From NCBI GenBank assembly GCA_965200315.1, contig OZ241362.1, positions 4,544,001 to 4,608,000 of the forward strand: DNA of 64,000 nucleotides, in the 5' to 3' direction. Below are positions 49,517 to 58,978 of this stretch, piece after piece (positions within the stretch are counted from its first letter, which is position 1; each line of letters opens with the position of its first letter). The position numbers and the translations under genes were made by a program. This stretch comes from Candidatus Latescibacterota bacterium (GTDB taxonomy: Bacteria; Latescibacterota; UBA2968; UBA8231). The notes under the pieces are model-generated. The model worked only from the letters and a program-made list of their open reading frames with translations, did not search any database and had not been told where the DNA came from.

Positions 49517-50257
49517 CTAGCGAAAATGCACATCGGCGGCATGCAGGGCACCCGGGCCGTTTTGCATCCTCATTAGCTGGCGCTGACGCAGGCTCAAGCT
49601 GTCCCACCACTCGGGCGGGAAGCCGTCGTGCGGATCGAGTTGGAAGACCAGCATGTGCTTTCTATAGTGGCCGAAGAGGGCGTGGCGGTTGCGGTCGCCG
49701 GTGTTGGCACCACCGCCGTGCCAGCACTGGCCGTTGAAGACGATCACCGAGCCGGCCGGGGCTGTCGGCTGCACCTCGTGCTGCACCGCGAATCCCTCCG
49801 GGGGCGCGGCGAGGCCGCTCTTGTGAGAGCCGGGCACCACGCGGGTGCCGCCGATTGCAGGGCTAAAGTCGTCGAGCATCCACACCGTATTCATCATCAC
49901 CGGCGTGTCCATGTTGAGCATATAGGCGGGGATGTCGCTGTGCAGGTGTTGGTAGCCGTCGCCGGGGCGGACGATGCGCGAGTTGAGGCTGCCCAAAATC
50001 AGCGAGGGCTCGAGAAAGTGTTCGAGGATGGGCAAGACGCGGGGGTGGTCGATGCACTGGTGGAAGATGCGATCCATGACCGGGAGATTGGCCACGTGGC
50101 GGGCCGAGCCGCGATGGGTGTGTTCGGTGCCGTGCTCTTGTTCGCAGCGGATCAGGGCTTGGCGCATGGCCGCGGCCGTGTCGGAATCGAGGACGCTTTC
50201 GAGCAGAGCGAAACCGTAGATTTCGATTTCTTGGATGGCTTGTTCGCGTTCGTTCAT
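49517..50257 (-). CDS. Phytanoyl-CoA dioxygenase (PhyH) family protein
   Basis: QHLHSD, WMLDDF..GGTRVVPGSH, WHGGGAN...R. Confidence 0.88.
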   Translation of the reverse strand: MNEREQAIQEIEIYGFALLESVLDSDTAAAMRQALIRCEQEHGTEHTHRGSARHVANLPVMDRIFHQCIDHPRVLPILEHFLEPSLILGSLNSRIVRPGDGYQHLHSDIPAYMLNMDTPVMMNTVWMLDDFSPAIGGTRVVPGSHKSGLAAPPEGFAVQHEVQPTAPAGSVIVFNGQCWHGGGANTGDRNRHALFGHYRKHMLVFQLDPHDGFPPEWWDSLSLRQRQLMRMQNGPGALHAADVHFR

Positions 50258-50433
50258 AATAAAAAGTCTCCTACAAGGGCTAATAAATAAACCCGCACAG
50301 TTCGCTTCGGCAACTGACTGCTTCCAATCTAACAGGAAACTCGTGCCATGTATTCAAACCTGTATCGTCTTGTGTATCTCGACAGATGTGACCATGGGGC
50401 ACAGACTGACCCTGCTACATTGACGGGAGGTAC

Positions 50434-50656
50434 TTAATCGTCAAATTCCGGTGGTGGATCAAATAGACTATATGAGTCAGTTGTCAAAAATAATTCTTTG
50501 AGATCGTCCTGTTGCAAAAATTCCAGTGCTTCATTTACGGATTCAAACTCGTAGACTTTCACTTCGCCTAAGTTAGATATTAATTCCACCAAGACTTTAT
50601 TGACTTCTCTCTCTATTGAGTCGTCAAGAATGTTCTCGATCAATACCTCGAGACAT
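50434..50656 (-). pseudogene. Probable cognate restriction endonuclease remnant (first ~9 codons fused to last ~65 codons)
   Basis: aaggag-TAA-ATG coupling to the MTase stop; MSRGIDREH, then other-frame ILDDSIEREVNKV..FDPPPEFDD*; low GC. Confidence 0.5.
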
Positions 50657-51588
50657 TTACTCCTTCTCAAGTATTACAATGGATTCTTGTAAAGACACCC
50701 CATGTCGCTGAGGATTTACTTTCCATTTATCGCCTCTCTGTCGTAGCACTTCCAATGAATAAGATTTAAAGCCAATCGAGCAGCCTATTTCTCCTATTAG
50801 TCTATCAGTAGGGATATGAACACCATAAGGAGCAGAATCACCCAATACAAATAAAGCACTGGAATTAGGCTTTAGTACTCTATATACCTCCTTTATTACC
50901 TTGTAAATATCGTTAAAATATCCAATCACCATAAGATCATAGCTCTTCTTTCCTCCTTTGACTTTTCTAATTTTACTCAGCTTATTCGCTGCCGCTTGTA
51001 TGAATTGAGCTATTTCAGGACTGTTTGTTTTGATCTCTTCGTCTAGTAAGTACTTAGGGTCGCTCCTCGATATTTGGGTTGTAGCGGACGTCATCAATTT
51101 AGATCGTACTTTATCCGTAATATCCTTCCAGTTTTTTGCCAATCCCCAAAAGTAAAGTTCCAGTCGAGTTCTATCAGAGTAATCAAAATTGTTCAAATAT
51201 GGAGGAGAAGTGAATACATGGTCCACGCTCTCGTCAGATAGGTACGCCGATACATCTGTAGAGCTACCAAAAATCAAGCGGTGTTTTGATTTTAGATACT
51301 TTCTATCAGCTTGTCTTTTCATGTCGGTGAGATCGTCTAGCATGGACATTGCAAGTGCGTTAAATTCCAGTAGAGCATCTTTATCTTCAGAGGTTATTTT
51401 TTCTTTTTTGGGCGCAATATAGGGCCATCCTGTTGCAGCACTGGAAATTTCTCTAAGCAACGCCGTCAACACTACAAAGAGGAACATATTTTCCTTTTGA
51501 TGAGATTCATAATCATAGTATATTTTTTGCAAGGTGAAAAGTTTACTCAATGTCTCTTTTTTATAACACTTTAATACTAATTCTGGAA
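50657..51588 (-). pseudogene. DNA methyltransferase (alpha class, N4-C type), 3' part; interrupted by IS1595
   Basis: PELVLKCY..HVFTSPPYLNNFDYSDRTRLELYF..VLGDSAPYGV; lacks motif I, which is in 53432-53869. Confidence 0.88.
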
Positions 51589-51644
51589 GGCAATTAGTAT
51601 TTAAGGGCTTGACTGTCCCTTGATTCTCTAGTACTTTCCTCTGT

Positions 51645-52155
51645 ATGAACAGAGTTAGACTTGGCGATATTTGTACCGTCCGCAAGGGGGCTGCTCCGAC
51701 CGCCTTTGATGGAGATATACCCTATCTGACGATGGAGTACCTTCGCGGGGAAAAAAACGAACCTCCGCTAGTCAAACCCGATTCTAATAGCCTTCTGGCG
51801 TCCGATGGAGACATCCTACTGCTATGGGATGGGGCAAACGCTGGGGACTTTATACGAGCCAAGAGAGGCGTAGTATCTTCGACGGTTGCCCTGCTTAATC
51901 CCAATACTCAAATCGTTGATCTTGACTTTTTCTACGCAGCCTGTAAGAGAAAAAGCAACAAGAACGGGTACTACGATCCCCCACGTACATGGGAAATCTC
52001 TTGCAACTATCCTCTTCGATCTACCCCCCCTCTCCGAACAACAAGTTATAGCGGAACTATTGGGGAAAGCCCGTCAAAGCGTTGAATTAGCCCAGCAGCT
52101 AACCGAAAAATACCGACTACAAGAAAAAGCACTAAGGAAACGTTTGATACCATGA
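51645..52155 (+). pseudogene. hsdS: Half-size type I R-M specificity subunit (single TRD + coiled coil), frameshifted
   Basis: VRLGDIC..KG, DILLLWDGANAG..GVVSST, frame shift at ~51945, TGTTIPHV..LPPLSEQQVIAELL. Confidence 0.8.
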
Positions 52156-52158
52156 GAA

Positions 52159-52189
52159 AGCCCGTAGAAGGTGCGAACTTCTACGGGCT
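52159..52189. promoter_or_regulatory. Strong hairpin between the cargo genes
   Basis: agcccgtagaag-gtgcgaa-cttctacgggct, 12-bp perfect stem. Confidence 0.6.
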
Positions 52190-52222
52190 AAGTACTACCC
52201 CTAACCAACAGAAAGGACGACG

Positions 52223-52474
52223 ATGGCGATTGTGCCAATTACGGGGAAAAATCTCTTGCATGTACTAGCCGAGATGGGGATAGAAAAACAATTTCAAATC
52301 TATAAGGCAGGAGAGATTCGCGTTTTGCCTGTTGAGCCGGACCCTGCTTCTCACTTTTTGCTGTCTTTCGATGAATGCCACTATTTGATTCCTCGAAATG
52401 AGGCTCTTGTACTGGCTGATTTTTTTGCAAATTACCACCAGAACCACCCTGCTGAGGAGCAGTCATTTGATTGA
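52223..52474 (+). CDS. Hypothetical protein (IS passenger)
   Basis: 83 aa, gaaagga RBS, convergent with the transposase. Confidence 0.6.
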   Translation: MAIVPITGKNLLHVLAEMGIEKQFQIYKAGEIRVLPVEPDPASHFLLSFDECHYLIPRNEALVLADFFANYHQNHPAEEQSFD

Positions 52475-52484
52475 CTCCGTATGG

Positions 52485-53357
52485 CTACGCAAAGCAGGCC
52501 CGCAAGAAACCGTTGAAGGCGTCGGCGTCTTTGCGGTGGTTGTATTTCCAGACCGCTTCTGCTACGAACAAGGGCGACCAACCTTTCGTGTACTTATGAT
52601 GCGAGCCGTACCAAGCGCGTTTGAGCAACGACCAAAAGCCTTCAATGGTATTGGTGTGTAGGGTCTTGTTGCTGGCGTCAACGTATTCCTCGGTGCGGTG
52701 GTTGACGGTGCGGTGCGGCATCAGCTTGTGAGCGTTGAAATAAACCGTGTACTCGTCCGTAATCAACGACGATTCTTCTACCTCGACAGACTGCGCGATA
52801 AAGTCCAAGACGGTCGCGGCCTTAGTGTCGTCTGGTACAGCGGCTTTGACGCGCCCCCCGCGCTGGACGGCTCCAACGACGGGCGTTTTGCCAGTACCGC
52901 GCCCGCGCTTGTTGTTGTCGTTCTTGTAGCGAGGCTTACCGCCTACATACGTTTCGTCGGCCTCGATGATGCCGCGCAGTAGGGCCTTTTCGTCCGATGC
53001 CATAGCGGCGCGAATCCGCTGTTGCATGAACCACGCGCTTTTCTGGTTGAGTTCCAGATCGCGGGCTAGCTGGCAACTCGACAAGCTCTTTTTGGCGTTG
53101 GCCATTAGCGAGATGGCCAAGAACCACTTTTGCAGCGGGATTTTGGTCCCCTGAAAAATGGTTTGGGACAAGACATTAAAACTAGAATGGCAGCCGTGGC
53201 AGTTCCAGCGGCCTACACGCTCATTCTCCGCTTTGCGGGCAACGTCACAATCGCCGCACAACGGGCAATAGGGGGCATTATTCCAGCGGATTTGCTCTAG
53301 ATGAGCGATGCAAGCGGCTTGGTCGGGGTACTGATTGAAGATGCTTATTAGGTTCAT
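52485..53357 (-). CDS. IS1595-family transposase
   Basis: CPLC..CHGC Zn ribbon; IEADETYVGG, LITDE, HTNTIEGFWSLLKR; aaggagg RBS before ATG 53357. Confidence 0.95.
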   Translation of the reverse strand: MNLISIFNQYPDQAACIAHLEQIRWNNAPYCPLCGDCDVARKAENERVGRWNCHGCHSSFNVLSQTIFQGTKIPLQKWFLAISLMANAKKSLSSCQLARDLELNQKSAWFMQQRIRAAMASDEKALLRGIIEADETYVGGKPRYKNDNNKRGRGTGKTPVVGAVQRGGRVKAAVPDDTKAATVLDFIAQSVEVEESSLITDEYTVYFNAHKLMPHRTVNHRTEEYVDASNKTLHTNTIEGFWSLLKRAWYGSHHKYTKGWSPLFVAEAVWKYNHRKDADAFNGFLRACFA

Positions 53358-53431
53358 TTTCGTACCTCCTTTAACTACTATAAAGATAGGAAAATAAAGA
53401 AGATATGGCAAGCCCTTAAATACTAATTGCC

Positions 53432-53869
53432 TTACGGAAAGTAATTAGAGAGAGAAAAATTAGTAGCTTCAGTTAAAGCACTGTACCAGGATTCAAAATT
53501 TGTATTTAGGTGATGGATAAATTTTCTGATCTCCTTTTCGTCAACCTCCCATTCCATTTTTGCCTTTGCTATTTCGTACACAAAAGGATGAGCTTCAGTG
53601 CCTATGGAGTCGATACCCATTGACTTGGCAGTTACGTTCGTTGTTCCCGATCCCATGAAGGGATCGTAAACGACCATGCCTTTGGCAATTTTGAACCGCT
53701 CAAATGAATGCGCTACGGCCTTATATGAAAATCCGGCAGGATAGGTAAACCATCGATGAACAGGTGCTCTGAGGCTATCCTTAAACGTTCCCCAGCTTTT
53801 AACAGCGTCTTCCTTCACATCAGAAGTCTCATCTGCAAAAAGCGATAACTGGCTGACGTAAGTGCTCAA
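53432..53869 (-). pseudogene. DNA methyltransferase, 5' part (interrupted by IS1595)
   Basis: PVHRWFTYPAGFS, VYDPFMGSGTT motif I; ends NYFP at the IS boundary. Confidence 0.88.
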
Positions 53870-54096
53870 AATATCCCTCCATACCCCTTGGTATTGGGCC
53901 TTTTTTATGTTTCAATCCTCGGGATTACTTCATCCATTGTGTAGTGGACGAATTGACACTTAAGTTCGGTGAGCTCGTAAGGTTTAGTATCATCAAAAGC
54001 TGATGTCATGACTCTAGAAGAAGAGCGCGACCTACCAAGTGTAGAGTAGTTTATGAAAAACCTTCTGATGCGCAAGTATCTCATAAAAAGCGGAGA

Positions 54097-54816
54097 TTAC
54101 GCTGGATAAAGCGCATCTACGATCATGCGCAGCGACAAAAGCGTGATCACTATCCTGAAGCCCTTGCGAAAGAGGCTTTCGGAAACCCGGTCGCGCAAGC
54201 ACGTCCCACACCACGAGCCAAGCGCGGCCGCGCCAATCATCCCGGCGATAAGCGGCAAGTAGGGTGCGAAGGCAAAGCCGACAAAGCCGAAGACTAGGAT
54301 TTTGCACAGGTGGGTGACGGTCATTACCGTGCCGTGGGTAATGACCAACCGGTCCTTGGGCAAACCCGCGCTGGCTAAGAAGGCACCGGTCAGGGGCCCC
54401 GCGACGCCGACGAAGAGGGCGAGGAAGGTTTGGAGAGCACCGAAAATGGCAAAGTGGCCGGGGAGGCGAAAGGCGCGGCTGGGCACGGGGACCCAAATGA
54501 CGAGGAGGATGAAGACGCCCATGTACAGAGGCAGATCGTCGAAGCTAAAGCTGTCGACTACCTGCGCCCCCACCACAGCGCCGAGGAGTGCGCCGCCCGA
54601 GAAGGGCCAGAAGATGCGCCATTCGATGTGGCGCAGGCCAAAGAATACGCGGCTGGCGTTGGAGGCTAGCTGTACGGCACCGTGGACGGGGATGATGGCC
54701 GCGGTGGGCAGCAAGCCCGGCATGACCGAGATCAGCGCGATGCCACCGCCCACGCCGATGATGGCGGTAAAGGTGGAGGTTAGGAAAGAGACGCCGATCA
54801 GGAAAAAGGGATCCAT
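54097..54816 (-). CDS. Sulfite exporter TauE/SafE family protein
   Basis: IGVGGG, IPVHGAVQLASN.SR, GVAGP; hydrophobic. Confidence 0.85.
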   Translation of the reverse strand: MDPFFLIGVSFLTSTFTAIIGVGGGIALISVMPGLLPTAAIIPVHGAVQLASNASRVFFGLRHIEWRIFWPFSGGALLGAVVGAQVVDSFSFDDLPLYMGVFILLVIWVPVPSRAFRLPGHFAIFGALQTFLALFVGVAGPLTGAFLASAGLPKDRLVITHGTVMTVTHLCKILVFGFVGFAFAPYLPLIAGMIGAAALGSWCGTCLRDRVSESLFRKGFRIVITLLSLRMIVDALYPA

Positions 54817-55842
54817 TTAGTCGGAGAGAACCTCTTGGGCATAGGCGAACAGAGCCGGGTTGCCGCCAGTGTGCAGGAAGATCGCCTCGCCGTCGAGCCG
54901 GCCGTCGCGTACGTGGGCAAAAAGGCCGGCGAGGGCCTTGCTGGTGTACACGGGATCGAGGAGAATGCCCTCCTTGCGTGCTAAAGTGCGCAGGGCATCC
55001 AAGCCGGCGGGGGTGGGGATGCCGTACCCCTCGCCGACGAAGGAATCGTCGTTGTCAAAGTCGGCGGCGCTCATGGCAACGCCGAGGCCGAGGCGGCGAG
55101 CGGCTTGGTTGGCAATGGCAGCCATGTCCTCGCGGCGGTTCTCGACGTTGGCGATTGGGCAGAAGCCGCGCACTTGGATCGGCGATTCGATACAGGCCAA
55201 GCCCAAGGCCACGCCGGCTTGGGTGGTGTCGAGGGCGGAGAGGTAGAGGTAGGATGGGTTGATGCCTTGCTCTTGGCATTGGCGGGCAATCTCTACGCCC
55301 ACCTCGGCATAGGCGATGGCGTCGAGGTCGACCGCATCTTCGCGGCGCGGCCAGTACGCGTTTTTCCCCTGTGAGGAAAGCTCCTCGACTTTGGCTTGTA
55401 GCGCGTCTTGTTGGCGGTGCCGATGGCCTTCCGCTAGGACGGTGATCTGTGCGCCGAGTAGGTGCTGTAGCAGGTTGTTGCCTTGCGATTCAGTGTGGTC
55501 GATTGTGCGCACCGGCCGGAGGATCAGGTGCAGTTCCAAGTCTAGCTTGGCGCAGGCCGCGGCGAGTTGGCGGCAGTAGTTGGACTGTACCGCCGCGCCG
55601 GAAACGATGGTGTCGGCCCCCTTGGCCAAAGCGTCGGCCAAGGCAAACTCGAACATCCGCGTCTTGTTGCCGCCAAACGCCAGACCGGTCAGGTCATCGC
55701 GCTTGATGTAGAGCGCCGGGCTGTCGAGGTGATCAGTCAGGCGCGGGAGCGGCTCCAGCGGGGTCGGGCGGATGGAGGCTAGTCGGACGCGAGGTAGCTC
55801 GGCAATGGCTGCGGTAAGGGCGTTCGCTTTTGCAGCGTTCAT
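54817..55842 (-). CDS. D-cysteine desulfhydrase / ACC deaminase family PLP enzyme
   Basis: YIKRDDLTGLAFGGNKTR, QSNYCR, LDPVYTSKA, LHTGG. Confidence 0.88.
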   Translation of the reverse strand: MNAAKANALTAAIAELPRVRLASIRPTPLEPLPRLTDHLDSPALYIKRDDLTGLAFGGNKTRMFEFALADALAKGADTIVSGAAVQSNYCRQLAAACAKLDLELHLILRPVRTIDHTESQGNNLLQHLLGAQITVLAEGHRHRQQDALQAKVEELSSQGKNAYWPRREDAVDLDAIAYAEVGVEIARQCQEQGINPSYLYLSALDTTQAGVALGLACIESPIQVRGFCPIANVENRREDMAAIANQAARRLGLGVAMSAADFDNDDSFVGEGYGIPTPAGLDALRTLARKEGILLDPVYTSKALAGLFAHVRDGRLDGEAIFLHTGGNPALFAYAQEVLSD

Positions 55843-55859
55843 GTGGTGCATTCCTTTGG

Positions 55860-56969
55860 TCAATCTTCGGCGAGCTCAGCCGAGCCGTCGAAGCCTTGGG
55901 GCGGCAGTTGGGAGAGGGGGTTCTGGCGGTGACACTCTTCGATGACGGCGATCTGGACGCGCACCTGTTGCGGCGTGATCTCGGGTTGGGCTGCTTCCCG
56001 CAATGCGGCGAATACACAGTCGTAATAGGCGTTGGACATATAGGCAAATGCGTTTTGTTCGGCCTTATTCGGGGTCCAAGACTGCTCGATCATTTTTAGC
56101 TCTTCTCGGCAATAGCTCGGGCCGGGCAGTGGGCTGCGGATGAGCGTTTGCTCGGGTGCCGTTTGCGGATCGTAGTAGCGCCAAGTCAGCTCCGCCGGGC
56201 CGCCGGAGAGGCCGCCGCGCTCGCCGTGGACGGTGTACATGGGCTGCGGGAAGGCGGTGCAGGAAGAAATTTCCACGTCGATGACTGGTTGGTCTGTGGT
56301 GCGCAGCAGAATTTTGACGTAGTCCTCGGCGTCGCCGAAGGTGTTGGCGCGATCCATGGCACAGAGAATGTGGTCCGGCATGTTAAAATCGAGCAGGCGC
56401 ATGGCTTGATCCATGGGGTGCGGGCCGGTGTTGAGCAGGTTGCCGCCCCGGTATTCCTGCAAGGTCTGCCAGTCCCAGCGGCGGGCAAAACCGCTGAAGG
56501 AGATCGAGACTTGGACGATGCGGCCGAGGACGCCCGAAGCAATGACTTGGAGCATCTTTTGGAATGCGGGAGCGTTGCGCGACTGCTGGAAGGGCAGCAG
56601 CAGGCGATCGGCCTTGTGAGCAGCGGCGATCATGGTGTCGAGTTCGGCCACGCTCGCGGCGAGAGGTTTTTCGCATACGGTGTGGTGGCCGTTGTTGAGG
56701 GAATCGATAGTGGCTTGAGGATGGAGGTGGCTGGGCAGGGCGTTGACGATTAGGTCGATATCGCCGCGGCCAAGGAGGTCTCGGTAGTCGGCGTAGGTGT
56801 CGCAGCCCATTTCGCTTTGGGCGCGCTGACAGCGGTCGTCAAGGAGGTCGGCGACGGCGACTATTTGGTATTTGTGCGGGGCGGTCTTGAAGTAGCGGCA
56901 GTGGATGTCGAGGCCGGAACGACCTTGGCCGAGAACGGCGACGCGGATGGGGTCTTTTTGTGTAGGCAA
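55860..56969 (-). CDS. Gfo/Idh/MocA family oxidoreductase
   Basis: VLGQGRSG, VCEKP, RRWDWQT..GGNLLNTGPH. TTG start ~56969 inferred from a ggag RBS. Confidence 0.85.
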   Translation of the reverse strand: MPTQKDPIRVAVLGQGRSGLDIHCRYFKTAPHKYQIVAVADLLDDRCQRAQSEMGCDTYADYRDLLGRGDIDLIVNALPSHLHPQATIDSLNNGHHTVCEKPLAASVAELDTMIAAAHKADRLLLPFQQSRNAPAFQKMLQVIASGVLGRIVQVSISFSGFARRWDWQTLQEYRGGNLLNTGPHPMDQAMRLLDFNMPDHILCAMDRANTFGDAEDYVKILLRTTDQPVIDVEISSCTAFPQPMYTVHGERGGLSGGPAELTWRYYDPQTAPEQTLIRSPLPGPSYCREELKMIEQSWTPNKAEQNAFAYMSNAYYDCVFAALREAAQPEITPQQVRVQIAVIEECHRQNPLSQLPPQGFDGSAELAED

Positions 56970-57096
56970 TTTGGGTGGCTCCGTGTAGAGATGGGCGTTT
57001 ATGTTGGGGGTTGAGCGGAAGGGTGTCAAGAGTTTGTTAAGGGGAGTTGGGATGCGTAGTTTACGTGGCGGCAGAGGATGATAGCGAAAGAAAAAC

Positions 57097-57855
57097 ATGA
57101 AGCACGTCCGTCTCGATGAGTTAGACCAAGAAGGGTGCCCGGTCTTTGCCGGGTTGCGGCCAGAGACGCCGTGGTCGGCATTCGACTACTGGGTATTGGC
57201 ACCGGGGGAAATGCGCCCGGTCGCCGGTGCAGGAATAGCTTGTGAACAGGGCTATGTGTTTACAGGCGGGCCGGTGGAATTGACCGTGGGGCAGCAGCGA
57301 GTAGAAAGCGGAGAAGGGGCCGGGTTTTTCGTCGAACCTACCAGATGCGCTCACGAGTTGAAAAATTTGACCGACCTGTTTGTGAGTGTGCTACGAGTGC
57401 GCGTCGCAATGGACGTAGATTCAGAGGCGAAGCAAGGCGTGCAGCCCAAGATCGGCACCTTTGACGAGCAAGCGCTAAAGTGGCGCGACGCAATCCACGG
57501 CGGCTGCGGGCAAATCGCCACCCGGCACGTGCTCTCGCCCGATGACTTCAATAGCGATTGGACTTTTCTCGATCACGCTATCCTCGACGCGGGGGGATCG
57601 GTGGGGTATCACTATCACGATTTTCTCGAAGAGAGCTTTGTGGTGCTGAGGGGACAGGGGCTGATGACGATTGCCGACGAGACCTTTGCGGTGGGGCCGG
57701 GGTCGGTTACTTGGCAGGGAATTGGGCAGGGGCACGGCATCTACAATCTCGGTTCAGAAAAGCTGGAGTTTGTACGCATCGCCGTGAAACAAACATACGA
57801 AGAGTACACGACCATTGACTTGCACGACGATTTGTCGGCGCGGCGACCACGGTGA
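57097..57855 (+). CDS. Bicupin domain protein
   Basis: VGYHYHDFLEESF..QGHGIYN. Confidence 0.8.
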   Translation: MKHVRLDELDQEGCPVFAGLRPETPWSAFDYWVLAPGEMRPVAGAGIACEQGYVFTGGPVELTVGQQRVESGEGAGFFVEPTRCAHELKNLTDLFVSVLRVRVAMDVDSEAKQGVQPKIGTFDEQALKWRDAIHGGCGQIATRHVLSPDDFNSDWTFLDHAILDAGGSVGYHYHDFLEESFVVLRGQGLMTIADETFAVGPGSVTWQGIGQGHGIYNLGSEKLEFVRIAVKQTYEEYTTIDLHDDLSARRPR

Positions 57856-57978
57856 GCAATACTTCAAGAACGATCTGTTTCTGGCTCAGGATAGGGATTG
57901 AAAATAATAACCTTAAGGTCATAAATTACGCGCCAGCGGGGCCAGATTAGCCCTTTCTCGATAAAGGAGCCGTTTGCA

Positions 57979-58962
57979 ATGGCAGCAAAAACCACAAACC
58001 ACGCCGATACAGTACAGCGCATGGCCGAGGCCGCCGGCAATTTGCTCGCATCACTCGATGAAGCGGCGCGGCAGAAGGCGGTGATCAGCTTTGCCGACAG
58101 CACAGAGCGCGAAAACTGGCACTATGTGCCAAGGGAGCGCGCCGGATTGCCGCTAAAGGAAATGGACGAGCGCCAGCGCGAGCTAGCGCACTCGCTAGTA
58201 GCGACCGGGGTCAGCGCGTCGGGGTACGAAAAAGTCTCGACGATCATTGCGCTGGAGCCCATACTGGCCGAATTGGAGGGGGCCGGGCGGCGTTTCCAGC
58301 GCGATCCCGAGCTGTACTACGTGAGCATTTTCGGCGAGCCGGGTGGAGACGCACCTTGGGGCTGGCGCTTTGAAGGGCACCACGTCTCGCTCAACCACAC
58401 GGTAGTGGAAGGCCGGCTGGGATCGACGCCGTTGTTTTTTGGCTCCAATCCCGCCGAGGTGCGCCACGGCGAGCAAACTGGGCTGCGGGCTTTGCGGGCG
58501 GAGGAAGATCTGGGACGCCAGCTTTTACACGAGTTAGACGGCGAGCAGAAAGCAGTGGCCATCATCAGTGCCGAAGCACCAAGGGATATCCTCACGACCA
58601 ACGTGCCCCACGTGCGCGGCGAAGTCGAACCGGAGGGCTTGGGCAGTGCGGACATGAGCACTGCGCAGCGTCAGATATTGGACGCCTTACTTGAAGTGTA
58701 CGTACGACGCTTGCCCGAAGCAGTGGCCGAAGCCGAATGGGCGCGGCTCGGAGCAGCATACTTTCGGGCGGCGCACTTTGCTTGGGCTGGCGCAGCAGAA
58801 CGGGGTGGGCCGCACTACTACCGAGTACAGGGGCCGAGTTTCCTCGCCGAGTACGACAACACCCAAAACGACGCCAACCACATCCACGCGGTCTGGCGCA
58901 ACCTAAACAACGATTTCGGCGAGGATCTGCTCAGGCGACACTATCGGCAGAACCATCGGTGA
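57979..58962 (+). CDS. DUF3500 domain protein
   Basis: WHYVP, WGWRFEGHHVSLN, STPLFFGSNP, EYDNTQNDANHIHAVWR. Confidence 0.88.
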   Translation: MAAKTTNHADTVQRMAEAAGNLLASLDEAARQKAVISFADSTERENWHYVPRERAGLPLKEMDERQRELAHSLVATGVSASGYEKVSTIIALEPILAELEGAGRRFQRDPELYYVSIFGEPGGDAPWGWRFEGHHVSLNHTVVEGRLGSTPLFFGSNPAEVRHGEQTGLRALRAEEDLGRQLLHELDGEQKAVAIISAEAPRDILTTNVPHVRGEVEPEGLGSADMSTAQRQILDALLEVYVRRLPEAVAEAEWARLGAAYFRAAHFAWAGAAERGGPHYYRVQGPSFLAEYDNTQNDANHIHAVWRNLNNDFGEDLLRRHYRQNHR

Positions 58963-58978
58963 ACTTGGAGAGAATTCC

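Larger units (their letters stand above)
51589..53431 (-). mobile_element. IS1595-family transporter element (1843 bp) with passenger genes
   Basis: Perfect 23-bp TIRs GGCAATTAGTATTTAAGGGCTTG (51589-51611 and 53409-53431); flanks ttctggaa / ttacggaa (6/8 match, degenerate 8-bp TSD). Confidence 0.93.

Noticed and set aside
51589-51685. Apparent N-terminus of the 342-aa MTase ORF
   Set aside because: Read-through from IS sequence; the true N-terminus is at 53432-53869
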